The notes under the pieces: model-generated
Databases searched by the model: none
Told to the model about the DNA's origin: nothing
What the model saw: only the letters and a program-made list of their open reading frames with translations
Source of the DNA: Candidatus Microgenomates bacterium
GTDB taxonomy: Bacteria > Patescibacteriota > Microgenomatia > UBA8517 > JACQJR01
NCBI GenBank assembly: GCA_016204995.1
Contig: JACQJR010000001.1
Coordinates: 305,132 to 369,131, forward strand
DNA: 64,000 nucleotides
Reading direction: 5' to 3'
Program-made: the position numbers and the translations under genes
Shown here: in pieces, positions 30,121 to 39,333 of the stretch
Layout of the letters: each line of letters begins with the position of its first letter
Numbering within the stretch: position 1 is the first letter of the stretch

Positions 30121-30909
30121 TAATTTGATATCTTCCCAAGTAACAAGTAGGGGGACTGCGATGAAGGGAGAAGAATAAGTGCCGGTGATGGTACCAATCA
30201 ACAGAGCAATATTAAACCAGAAAATGGTTTTACCACCCAATAAAACCAGTGCTACCAGCACAAAAATAATCGTTAGAGAATTATTTAGCGACCGCACCAT
30301 GGTTTGCGATACTGCCAGATTGGCCAAATCATAAATATTTCCTCCGACTTTTCTTTTCAGCTCCCGAATCCGATCAAAAACCACGATAGTGTCATAAACC
30401 GAAAAAGCCCGGGTAGTCAAAAGAGCTGTCACAAATAAAGTATCAGTAGGGGCATTGGAAAAATGCCCCATTAGAGAAAATGCCCCAATTAAAATAAAAG
30501 TGTCATGAAGTGTTGCCAAAATTGCCGAAATACCGAATTGGAAACTTTTAAATTGCCAGCCAATCCACAGTAAAATACCCAATTCCACAATTATTAGGGC
30601 CGTCAGGGTTTTCATAAAAATTTCTTTGGAAAAAGTGGGGCCGACACTTTCAAAACGGGTGATTACGGCGTCTTCTCTTTGGGCTTGCTCTTGAGTAATA
30701 GTAGAGGAAATTTTTTCTGTAAAATGACTACCATCACTCTTTTTTTGATACTCAATCACTGTACCACCAGTAAAATCAATAGAGAAATTCATTTTCCAGG
30801 CAATTAAAGAAAATATGCCGATGCCTAGTAGCAAGCCGGAAAAGGCAAAATAAATTAGTCTGTATTTAATCCAATCCATAGCTCTCCCTTCGGTAGAGAA
30901 TACTACCAA
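30103..30909 (-). CDS. secF: protein translocase subunit SecF
   Basis: DFTGGTVIEY motif, 6 TM; the annotated N-terminus overlaps an AT-rich repeat, so the true start is probably the MDWIKY Met. Confidence 0.85.
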   Translation of the reverse strand: MVVFSTEGRAMDWIKYRLIYFAFSGLLLGIGIFSLIAWKMNFSIDFTGGTVIEYQKKSDGSHFTEKISSTITQEQAQREDAVITRFESVGPTFSKEIFMKTLTALIIVELGILLWIGWQFKSFQFGISAILATLHDTFILIGAFSLMGHFSNAPTDTLFVTALLTTRAFSVYDTIVVFDRIRELKRKVGGNIYDLANLAVSQTMVRSLNNSLTIIFVLVALVLLGGKTIFWFNIALLIGTITGTYSSPFIAVPLLVTWEDIKLLIKRR

Positions 30910-30978
30910 TAGTTACCAATAATACAAATTTCAAATATCCAATCATTGGTACTTATTGGTATTTATTTGAAATTTGTA

Positions 30979-32268
30979 TTATTTCCTCCGTGCGAAAGTA
31001 CGGAGGAGTGTTCTGGTAATTACGATGCCGGTAAATAAACTAAGTAATACTCCAATAGCCAAAGTGGCGGCAAAGCCGCGAATCGGCCCGGAAGTATGCA
31101 AAAACGACCAGTCTAAAGGATTAAAAAGAATAAAACTGGTCAATAAAATGACAAAGTTAGCATCCCGAATGGAATTCCAGGCCCGACCAAAAGCAACTTC
31201 AAGAGCTTGGCTAAATTCCAAACCTAATCTTTTTTCCTCCTTAAACCGCTCAAAAATTAAAATGTTACTGTCAACTGCCATCCCTACTGACAGTAAAAAT
31301 CCGGCAATGCCCGGCAGGGTTAGTACAATGGGAACCAATTTAAATAAAGCCAAGACGAACACACCATACATAACCAGTGTCATCGCCGCAATAACACCAA
31401 GTCTGCCATAATATGCAATCATAAAGACAGCTACCGCTATAATTCCCACCAGACCTGCTCTAACTGACAAATTGACTGATTCTTGACCCAAAGTTGGCCC
31501 GACTGTTCTTTGCTCAATAATTTTTAAAGGTATGGGAAGAGAGCCAGAATTAAGTTGAATAACTAATCTTTTGACCTCATCCAAAGTAAAATCTCCGGTA
31601 ATGACTGCCCGACCGCCGGTGATTTTGTCTGACACCACTGGGGCCGAAATAACTTGATTATCCAGTAAAATCGGCATCGCCTTGCCAATATTTCTGCCGG
31701 TTAACTCGCTAAATTTTTTGCCACCTTCGTCACTAAAAGTTAGCCCGACAATTGGTTTGCCGGTTTGCGAATCAAATTCCACCTGGGATCGCACTAAATC
31801 AGCACCTGTTAAATCTGTGGTGACTAGTTTTTCCTCTACCACCTCGGCAAAGACCAATTGGGCGGTTTGACCAATTAAATTGGCCGCTTCGGTCACGTCA
31901 CTCACACCAGGCAAATCTACATTAATGCGAAAATTATTGTTTGTTTTAACTGCCTGTACCACCGGCTCTGACACTCCAAATAAATTAACTCGTCTTTCTA
32001 CCGTACCGGCGGCCGCGGCTAGGGCATCATCACGATTTTCTATCTTGATTTTACTCATATCAGCTTCAAAAACTAAATGGCTGCCGCCGGCAATATCCAA
32101 ACCAAATTTGGTATTTAAATCCCGCTCTATGGATAAACTGCCTAAGTGCCAGGAAATTCCCGGCAGATTAACTGAAAAACTACCAATCTTAAAGTTACGA
32201 GGCAGGACCACAAAGGTAGAAATCAAAAGGAAAATAATTATCAAAAGAAGCAATCGGGAAGGTTTCAT
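30979..32268 (-). CDS. secD: protein translocase subunit SecD
   Basis: DIAGGSHLVFEAD motif, C-terminal 6 TM. Confidence 0.9.
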   Translation of the reverse strand: MKPSRLLLLIIIFLLISTFVVLPRNFKIGSFSVNLPGISWHLGSLSIERDLNTKFGLDIAGGSHLVFEADMSKIKIENRDDALAAAAGTVERRVNLFGVSEPVVQAVKTNNNFRINVDLPGVSDVTEAANLIGQTAQLVFAEVVEEKLVTTDLTGADLVRSQVEFDSQTGKPIVGLTFSDEGGKKFSELTGRNIGKAMPILLDNQVISAPVVSDKITGGRAVITGDFTLDEVKRLVIQLNSGSLPIPLKIIEQRTVGPTLGQESVNLSVRAGLVGIIAVAVFMIAYYGRLGVIAAMTLVMYGVFVLALFKLVPIVLTLPGIAGFLLSVGMAVDSNILIFERFKEEKRLGLEFSQALEVAFGRAWNSIRDANFVILLTSFILFNPLDWSFLHTSGPIRGFAATLAIGVLLSLFTGIVITRTLLRTFARRK

Positions 32269-32269
32269 A

Positions 32270-32854
32270 CTATCCTACAAAGTTTTCTTCATCACCTAAA
32301 ATCATTACCTTGCTGCGGGCTAACACCTCAAGTAAAAAAGGATCGCGGCGTTTTTTGCGAAATTCAAATTCTTCTTTCGTCATCGGCGTATAGTTAATTT
32401 CTTCATTTCTCTTCTTTTGTTCCTCCCGAATGAGTTGAACCAACTCCGGTAGTACCACATCACCTACCAAGAGTACATCAACTTCATCAGAATTTTTGCG
32501 AGGCAGCCATCTGGTAAAGCGGCCGGAGAACATGACATACGATAGTTTACCCAGTTTTTCTTTATTTTTACGAATCGCCCCCCCCAGTCCCGAAGTTTTA
32601 GTAACTAAAGCCATCAGTTCTGAAAAAAAGGGATAATCAGTGCGAATTGCATAATAAACCCGGTTGCCCCGACCTTCCCGCCGCAGCATTCCCACCTCTT
32701 CCATCCGGGCCAGTTCGCGCCTGATGGCATTGATTTCTTCTTCTGTCATCCGCACCAACTCCCGCACATGGTGCATTTGCTTAGGATTGCCGTAAAAAAT
32801 TTCCAGTAATTTTATTCTGGATTGGGAAACAATGAAATCCGTCAGGCTTGCCAT
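32270..32854 (-). CDS. winged-helix regulator fused to a minimal nucleotidyltransferase-like domain (tentative)
   Basis: N-terminal wHTH-like region; C-terminal VMFSGRF...SDEVDVLLVGD fits a GS...DxD NTase motif; sits immediately upstream of secD. Confidence 0.4.
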   Translation of the reverse strand: MASLTDFIVSQSRIKLLEIFYGNPKQMHHVRELVRMTEEEINAIRRELARMEEVGMLRREGRGNRVYYAIRTDYPFFSELMALVTKTSGLGGAIRKNKEKLGKLSYVMFSGRFTRWLPRKNSDEVDVLLVGDVVLPELVQLIREEQKKRNEEINYTPMTKEEFEFRKKRRDPFLLEVLARSKVMILGDEENFVG

Positions 32855-32868
32855 AGATTAGGGGCAGG

Positions 32869-34053
32869 TTAGTATGTGACTTTAGTACCGGTGGGTAGGA
32901 CTTCTATCCAAATTTTTCCAGGAACAAAAGGAATTTCCTTGCCTGCCGTATCTACAAATTTGGTGCGGGAAGTCCGATCGGCTTTTTTCCAAGTTCCCCG
33001 AATAACATTGCCATTTTGAAAGATAATCGCCTCGCCCGAACCGGTTGTTTGATAAAGCAGGTGTTTATTTTTATCAACCGGCCCTTGTTCTTTAGTAAAC
33101 ATAATTACCACGTTGGCCGCTTGAATTTGTTCATTATTATTCAAATCGGTATGAGGCTTACCTCCATTTTCCCTCTTCCAAAGTCCTGTTGCAGCATCTA
33201 ATATCCACACCACGTCATAATCAACTTGGTTTTGCCAGAAAGGAAAGGAAACTTTGGTCACCTGACCTACTGATGCCGCATCTTTGAACTTCCAGAGTAC
33301 AAACTGGCTATCCCATGCTTTGCCTTTTTTATCTTTATTCCCAAATCCCCGCTCCTCTGCCTGTTTATAGGCAAGATCTGTTGACATCGTCATTGTGTGT
33401 TCTGTAGCAACCGGATGATCTAGGCGGTCATAATTTCTGGCAAATAGGGGAAAGCCTGAATCAAGACCGGTGTCAAAATCATTACCCCCTTTGACCCGCC
33501 AGCCAATATCCACCAGTTTTTCTATGGCTCGCGCCGCTTTGACTGTATCACCCGTTACGTTTAAATCATTTGCCCCGCCGACATGGGCAAAAATTGGTTT
33601 TTCTCCATATTCAGAAGCCCAATCAATATAATAAACCCGCACCGAACGAACTGGTGCGAGTAACACATCTTCAGCCGCGGCTCCGCAATAAAATATGGCT
33701 AGAAAACGGGTAATGCCTCCTTCTGCTACTGCTTCGTAAACTACATCAGCGCTGGTTATGCCAGATTGGGGCCTGGCTTCTGCATGATTTTCAATCATCA
33801 CTGTCAAAGGTCGTCTTTTCTCCCAAATTTCCCGTTCAGCTTTAGTGAACTTCTCACCATTTAAAGGACAAGTCTCGGTTTTAGGAGCGGTTTTGTCAAT
33901 CGCTACTCGCTTTTGTTCCGCCTCTTTGGAAGTAGAGCCGCCAGGTTTTAAGACATAAGCAAATACCAGCCAGGACAAACCGGCCGCCAATAAAAATAAT
34001 CCTAATAGCGTGGCGCCAATTCTTAAATTCTGTGATGTAATGAAACTCTTCAT
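32869..34053 (-). CDS. DUF3048 domain protein (YerB-like, membrane-anchored)
   Basis: PLTVMIENHAEARPQSGITSADVVYEAVAEGGITRFLAIF matches the DUF3048 core. Confidence 0.65.
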   Translation of the reverse strand: MKSFITSQNLRIGATLLGLFLLAAGLSWLVFAYVLKPGGSTSKEAEQKRVAIDKTAPKTETCPLNGEKFTKAEREIWEKRRPLTVMIENHAEARPQSGITSADVVYEAVAEGGITRFLAIFYCGAAAEDVLLAPVRSVRVYYIDWASEYGEKPIFAHVGGANDLNVTGDTVKAARAIEKLVDIGWRVKGGNDFDTGLDSGFPLFARNYDRLDHPVATEHTMTMSTDLAYKQAEERGFGNKDKKGKAWDSQFVLWKFKDAASVGQVTKVSFPFWQNQVDYDVVWILDAATGLWKRENGGKPHTDLNNNEQIQAANVVIMFTKEQGPVDKNKHLLYQTTGSGEAIIFQNGNVIRGTWKKADRTSRTKFVDTAGKEIPFVPGKIWIEVLPTGTKVTY

Positions 34054-34088
34054 TTTTTACTAATTACTAAGCTCTAACCTCTAAATTA

Positions 34089-34547
34089 CTATCTCTTAGC
34101 TAACTGTATCACATGCGCCTCCTCTTTGGAAAGCTCTGTTTTGCCTACTCCGCGGACGACGTCTTTGACATAAATTCTGGTTGTCTCCCTGGCATGTAAT
34201 CCAGTAATAACTACTCCCGACTCTTCTTCATTTAATAAACATAAAGCAAAAGATTGGTTGCCGCCCGCATCCCGAAAAGGATTAAAACGAACCAAACCAA
34301 TTTTTTGAATGTGCTTTAAATCTTTTTTCCTAATCTGAATTAGGGCTTCATCTAATTTAACTACCTCTTCTGATGTCTTATTTAAATTAGTAAGTAATCC
34401 TTCCAGTAATTTGCGAATATCACCGTTTTTGGCTTTGCCAAAAAAGCGGCGAAATTGAGTTTCGCGGTAAACTGTCCAGCCAGTTAAGGCGGCCAGCCAA
34501 ACTGCCAGTAGCCCGGGCAGCCACCAATTAACATTACTCGCCAACAT
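34089..34547 (-). CDS. DUF4446 family protein
   Basis: N-terminal TM; IGLVRFNPFRDAGGNQSFALCLLNEEESGVVITGLHARETTRIYVK matches the DUF4446 core. Confidence 0.65.
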   Translation of the reverse strand: MLASNVNWWLPGLLAVWLAALTGWTVYRETQFRRFFGKAKNGDIRKLLEGLLTNLNKTSEEVVKLDEALIQIRKKDLKHIQKIGLVRFNPFRDAGGNQSFALCLLNEEESGVVITGLHARETTRIYVKDVVRGVGKTELSKEEAHVIQLAKR

Positions 34548-34617
34548 TTAAACTCATTCATTCTAAAGAAAGGCTAGACCAGTTGTCAATAAACTATTTT
34601 TAGGTTAATATCCAATT

Positions 34618-34887
34618 ATGGCTAGAAAAACCCGCAAAGAGAAAGAAAGAGCCCAACTCCATCACCAACAAATTAGCGCACGGCCAGGCGTAACCTTCAG
34701 CTTTGTCAAGGGGGAATTTACCACAACAGCTTCATCTATTAATCTCCCAGTTTCCAAGATAAAAAGTAATGAAAATACTTACCAATCTTTAATTTCAGGT
34801 TCAATCCGGCAAGACTTAAATAAAACTTTTTTATTAGCTTCATTTATCTTCTTAATTGAGGCTATGTTATACTGGCTCTGGAAGTAA
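34618..34887 (+). CDS. hypothetical protein
   Basis: ORF track only. Confidence 0.25.
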   Translation: MARKTRKEKERAQLHHQQISARPGVTFSFVKGEFTTTASSINLPVSKIKSNENTYQSLISGSIRQDLNKTFLLASFIFLIEAMLYWLWK

Positions 34888-34926
34888 ATTTCCTGTCCCA
34901 ACAGGAAAGGAGGTGACTTAAGAGAT

Positions 34927-35064
34927 ATGGCAATGTATTGTGTTAAATGTCGTGCTAGCCGCGAAGGCAAAGATTTGCAAAAGGTAACCATGAAGAATGG
35001 TAAACCAGCCACTAAAGGCAAATGCGAAGTGTGCGGCACCACGATGTTTAAGATTGGTGGCTAA
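34927..35064 (+). CDS. small zinc-ribbon protein (44 aa, Cys-x2-Cys ... Cys-x2-Cys)
   Basis: MAMYCVKCRASREGKDLQKVTMKNGKPATKGKCEVCGTTMFKIGG; strong RBS GGAGGTG 8 nt upstream; below ORF-track cut-off. Confidence 0.5.
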   Translation: MAMYCVKCRASREGKDLQKVTMKNGKPATKGKCEVCGTTMFKIGG

Positions 35065-35183
35065 TACCACTGACTTTTGAATTTCAAGAAATTACTCCAA
35101 GTCTTTTTGGGGTAATTTCTTTTGTCCTCTAAACTCCTTTTGGGGATTGACAATTAATTTATAGCGAGCAAAATTTATTAAAG

Positions 35184-36104
35184 ATGCATCTCCTGGCTGC
35201 TTTTATTTTGTTGGTTGGTTTGGTCACAGGACTAAATTTAGTTCGCGAAAAACCGCTTCCCAATCCCGATATTAAGGTTCTCCCAGCTTCTACCAGTGAT
35301 TGCCGCAATGCCGATTTTAACGGAGACAACCAAGTTAACATTTATGACACAATTTTAATTGGCCAAAATTTTAATAAAACAGTTCCGCCGGCCGAGGAAA
35401 AATATGATCTTAGCCACAATGGTATCATCGATCAGGCGGATCTGGAGCTAGTCAAAACCTGTTTTGGTCAAAATTTGGCCGAACCGACCGCTCCTCCCTC
35501 TCCTACTCCTCAACCACCTGACAAACCTGAACCTACGATAGGAATTGGCACTCCCACACCCATAGCTACGCCCATTAGATTTCCTACCCCGACTCCCATC
35601 CCTCTTCCCACCGAACCACCCCTACATACGCCGGGCTTATCACCAGCACCGATAACTCAAGCAAGATATTTTAAATACACATCTAAAGGCGACTCCAATG
35701 GAAGTTTTATAGTAAAAATGATAGATCAAACCACTATTCAACAAGCGCTTAAAGACATTAGTGAACAACGTCTAATAGTAGGTGGCATTGTAAATGCAGG
35801 CAATGGAGGATTTAATTCGCCCTGGAGCTGGCATCTTGATCCCAGCACGATAGTGTTGGGTGAAAGTTTCGTGGAAGCCTGTGACGCCCAGCCATCTTAC
35901 GTAGAAGCCCATCTGACAGACTGGCTGGGAAAAATGTATTGTCCCTGGAATGCGAGAATCAGCTCTGAAGTATCACCTTCGGTAACAAACTCCACTCCTG
36001 CATCATTTTCGCCTTCACATCTAACTCGTCAAGAAAGTAAACCTCAAACCAGCGGTTTATTTAATACAGTTAATAACTTCCTGAAAAAACTCTTCGGCCT
36101 CTAA
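35184..36104 (+). CDS. surface protein with N-terminal anchor, type I dockerin repeat pair and PT-rich linker
   Basis: DFNGDNQVNIYDTILI and DLSHNGIIDQADLELV are canonical Ca-binding dockerin repeats; N-terminal helix ILLVGLVTGLNLVRE shared with ORF 370..1815. Confidence 0.6.
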   Translation: MHLLAAFILLVGLVTGLNLVREKPLPNPDIKVLPASTSDCRNADFNGDNQVNIYDTILIGQNFNKTVPPAEEKYDLSHNGIIDQADLELVKTCFGQNLAEPTAPPSPTPQPPDKPEPTIGIGTPTPIATPIRFPTPTPIPLPTEPPLHTPGLSPAPITQARYFKYTSKGDSNGSFIVKMIDQTTIQQALKDISEQRLIVGGIVNAGNGGFNSPWSWHLDPSTIVLGESFVEACDAQPSYVEAHLTDWLGKMYCPWNARISSEVSPSVTNSTPASFSPSHLTRQESKPQTSGLFNTVNNFLKKLFGL

Positions 36105-36538
36105 CTTTCCATAATTATCGTCACGGGGCCGTCAAGGGTAGCGGAAATTTCCATATACTCTCCAAACTTACCTGTTTGAACTTTAACTCCTAAATTTTTT
36201 AGCTCCTCAACTAATTTTTCGTAGATTGGCTGGGCTACTTCTGGTCGGGCAGCCTGGATAAAACTAGGGCGGTTGCCACCAGAAGTATCAGCATACAAAG
36301 TAAATTGGGAAACTGCCAGCATTTCACCATTAACGTCACTTACTGTTAAATTCATTTTGCCTGCCCCATCAGCCATCACCCGTAATTTAGCCAGCTTTTC
36401 TGCCAACACTTTAGCTTGATCTGAAATATCGCCTTCTTTTACTCCCACCAAAACAAATAAACCTTTTCCGATAGAAGAAATCGTTTGATTATCTACCGCG
36501 ACTTTCGCTTGCGACACTCTTTGGATGATAAGCTTCAT
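36101..36538 (-). CDS. dtd: D-aminoacyl-tRNA deacylase
   Basis: MKLIIQRV...GLFVLVGV...SGGNRPSF...DGPVTI motifs. Confidence 0.9.
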   Translation of the reverse strand: MKLIIQRVSQAKVAVDNQTISSIGKGLFVLVGVKEGDISDQAKVLAEKLAKLRVMADGAGKMNLTVSDVNGEMLAVSQFTLYADTSGGNRPSFIQAARPEVAQPIYEKLVEELKNLGVKVQTGKFGEYMEISATLDGPVTIIMES

Positions 36539-36542
36539 GAAG

Positions 36543-37001
36543 TTAGAATCTAGCGATAGCTACTTTAACCAAAGTCCAAAAAAGGTTATAAAATCCTCCC
36601 ACCCAAAAAATGGTATTAAGAGTCACGCCGGCAATAGCCAGTAAATACGCTCTTTTACCGCGTACACCCAATAGCCAGATTAACGGCGCTCCCACCATGG
36701 CCGGTCCGGAAATAATATAGGCAATCAAAATGGCTAAGGATTTGCCCACCTTGGCGCTTAATTTTTCCAGTTTCACAATAGTCCACTTTTTAGTTTGTTT
36801 TTTAACCCAGGAAGAAAATTCCTTTTCCATTCCTAACAGATGAAGAAAAATTATATTGAAAGTGGAAGTTAATACTATCATCACCACTATAGCCTTCACC
36901 ACCCCCATATGCACTAGAATGACATTGGCTATCACTGTCAAAATAAAATCCATTAGCGGCCAAAAGCTAATTAAGAGGGTTCGTCTGACAAAAATGTCCA
37001 T
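36543..37001 (-). CDS. integral membrane protein
   Basis: 152 aa, 4 hydrophobic helices. Confidence 0.45.
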   Translation of the reverse strand: MDIFVRRTLLISFWPLMDFILTVIANVILVHMGVVKAIVVMIVLTSTFNIIFLHLLGMEKEFSSWVKKQTKKWTIVKLEKLSAKVGKSLAILIAYIISGPAMVGAPLIWLLGVRGKRAYLLAIAGVTLNTIFWVGGFYNLFWTLVKVAIARF

Positions 37002-37010
37002 TATATTTCT

Positions 37011-38552
37011 TTATTCTAGCAGATTTTCCGACTTTGGGCGATACTGCAAAGCCTCGGCCAGATGAGTAGTTAAAATTTCTTTGGAAGCGGCTAAATCAGC
37101 AATAGTCCGGGCTACTTTAATCACCTTGTAATAGGAACGGGCCGACAGATTAAGTTGGGCCGTGGCCGCCGTCAGTAATTTCTGAACTTGTGCATCCAGG
37201 CCGCAAAACTGACGCACCATTTTGGTAGTCATTTCGCTGTTTGAGTTGATCTTGGCTTTTTTAAATCGCGCTTGCTGCAAGTTGCGAGCTTTTTGCACCC
37301 GGGCTTGAATCATTTTAGAACTTTCGGCGTTTTTGCTTTTACCTACCAGTTTTTCCACCGCCACCTCCGGCACCTCCACATGAATATCAATTCTATCTAA
37401 AATAGGCCCGGAAATTCGCTTTTGATAGCGGGAAATTAAGCCGGGCATACATTTACAGGGACGGCTGGGCGAGCCATAGTAGCCGCAGGGACAGGGATTG
37501 GCCGCAGCAATTAACATAAATTGAGCGGGGTATGCTACGCTGCCGCTAACGCGGGAAATAGAAACGATCCCATCTTCCAAAGGTTGCCTTAAAGCCTCAA
37601 GAACGTGTCGGGGAAATTCGGGAAATTCATCCAAGAAAAGCACTCCCCTGTGAGCCAGTGAAATTTCTCCTGGCATCGGTTTGGTACCGCCACCAATTAA
37701 ACCATTTCGGCTAGTGGTATGATGAGGACTGCGAAAAGGCCGATGACGCACTACTGACTGGCCCGGTGATAAATTGCCGGTAATGGAATAAATTTTCGTC
37801 ACCTCCATGGCTTCATCTTCTGTTAAATGGGGCAAAATGCCGGCGAACGATCTAGCCAGCATGGTTTTACCTGCCCCCGGCACTCCTTTCATAAAAACAT
37901 TATGACCGCCGGCAGCGGCTATTTCCAAGGCCCGTTTGACCGATTCCTGACCCTGAACTTCACTAAAATCAAATTCACCTGCGCTGACCCCATTTAATAA
38001 TTTCCTAAAAGGGATGGTTTTAGTCGGAATAAGAGTAGTCAGGCCGGTTAGGTGGCGAAAAAGGGACAGTAAATTTTCTACCCCGTAAACTTTAATGCCG
38101 GCTATCACCGCAGCTTCACTCGCGTTAACCTGCGGCAGGAAAATATTTTTAAATTTCAATTCCTTGGCCAAAAGCGCCATTGGTAAAATCCCAGCTGTAT
38201 GGCGCAATGATCCATCCAGAGAAAGTTCGCCTAAGAATAATGAGTCGCTAAACTTAGTCACATTTAGTTGACCCTCGGCGGCCAAAAGCCCAATGGCAAT
38301 CGGCAAATCAAAAGCCGGCCCTTCTTTGGGTAAATCGGCAGGGGCTAAATTAACGGTAATTTTTCTAGGAGGAAAGTCTGCACCGGAGTTTTTGATGGCC
38401 GCCCGCACCCGCTCTTTGGCCTCTTCCACCGCCTTATCCGGTAAACCCACAATGGTGAATGACGGCAAGCCGCCGGCCGCCACATCCACCTCCACCTCAA
38501 TAGGCACCCCGGACAACCCGGTGGTTGCCCCGGAAAACACTTTAGCCAGCAT
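37011..38552 (-). CDS. comM: YifB/ComM Mg-chelatase-like AAA+ ATPase
   Basis: N-terminal Lon-like domain, Walker A/B, C-terminal Mg-chelatase subunit ChlI-like region. Confidence 0.9.
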   Translation of the reverse strand: MLAKVFSGATTGLSGVPIEVEVDVAAGGLPSFTIVGLPDKAVEEAKERVRAAIKNSGADFPPRKITVNLAPADLPKEGPAFDLPIAIGLLAAEGQLNVTKFSDSLFLGELSLDGSLRHTAGILPMALLAKELKFKNIFLPQVNASEAAVIAGIKVYGVENLLSLFRHLTGLTTLIPTKTIPFRKLLNGVSAGEFDFSEVQGQESVKRALEIAAAGGHNVFMKGVPGAGKTMLARSFAGILPHLTEDEAMEVTKIYSITGNLSPGQSVVRHRPFRSPHHTTSRNGLIGGGTKPMPGEISLAHRGVLFLDEFPEFPRHVLEALRQPLEDGIVSISRVSGSVAYPAQFMLIAAANPCPCGYYGSPSRPCKCMPGLISRYQKRISGPILDRIDIHVEVPEVAVEKLVGKSKNAESSKMIQARVQKARNLQQARFKKAKINSNSEMTTKMVRQFCGLDAQVQKLLTAATAQLNLSARSYYKVIKVARTIADLAASKEILTTHLAEALQYRPKSENLLE

Positions 38553-38558
38553 TGCTTA

Positions 38559-39242
38559 TCACTTTCTCACCTTCTCGTACCAATCCAATAGCACTTTTGA
38601 CACCAGATCTTTAGCCCCTAGGCCAACCACCAATCCTAAAGCCAAAGCTGTGGCCCAGGAAAGCGTCTGAAAGACCGCGCCGGTCAAAGCTTCGGCCACT
38701 TTAAGTTGTGATAAAGCAGTAAAGAAAGCTACAATCAAGACTACCCAGTAAGCTAGTCTGCCGACAGGTTTTGCCGCTTCGTGATCTACGCTGGCTAGAG
38801 CTCCTCTGACTAAACCGTCAGCCAAACGGGCCACGAAAAATCCGGCTGCCAAAACCAGAGCTGCGGCAAAGACGTTGGGTACGTAGCCCAAAATCTCCAT
38901 TAAAACATTGACTACCGGCGTCAGGCCTAGGACATTGACGGCAGCGATAAAACCGATTAAAACAATCACCCAACGTACAAACTCACCGATAATCTGGCTC
39001 AAGGTCATTTTGATATCAGCCCGTTTTAAGAAAGCGGCCACTCCGGCCGCCTGCGACAATTGTTCCATTTGAGCCGCTTTGAGTAACTCCACAATCAATC
39101 TCTTGGCCCAATGAGCCGCTACCAGCATGACTCCAAAAATGATAATTGAACCGAGAACCGTGACCAAAACTGTCAGAACTCCTGGCCCCACCTGCTCCCA
39201 AGCCGAAAGAAGCGATTCCTGCCAAATTTGAAGCAAATTCAT
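38559..39242 (-). CDS. membrane protein with conserved TM-helix repeats (MscS-associated type)
   Basis: 227 aa, repeated hydrophobic helices. Confidence 0.5.
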   Translation of the reverse strand: MNLLQIWQESLLSAWEQVGPGVLTVLVTVLGSIIIFGVMLVAAHWAKRLIVELLKAAQMEQLSQAAGVAAFLKRADIKMTLSQIIGEFVRWVIVLIGFIAAVNVLGLTPVVNVLMEILGYVPNVFAAALVLAAGFFVARLADGLVRGALASVDHEAAKPVGRLAYWVVLIVAFFTALSQLKVAEALTGAVFQTLSWATALALGLVVGLGAKDLVSKVLLDWYEKVRK

Positions 39243-39333
39243 CCTAATTTCTCACCCCCCTCCTTGTTCGTTCATCCAACCTCATTGTGAAAACTTTTGT
39301 CTCTATTTGTCAAGTGGGGAAGAAAGAATTTGT

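Noticed and set aside
30985-31006. Perfect 7-bp hairpin CCTCCGT-GCGAAAGT-ACGGAGG after secD, considered as a terminator
   Set aside because: It lies within the last codons of secD (encoding LLRTFARR) and is not followed by a U-run on the coding strand, so it is probably coding-sequence structure or an attenuator at best.
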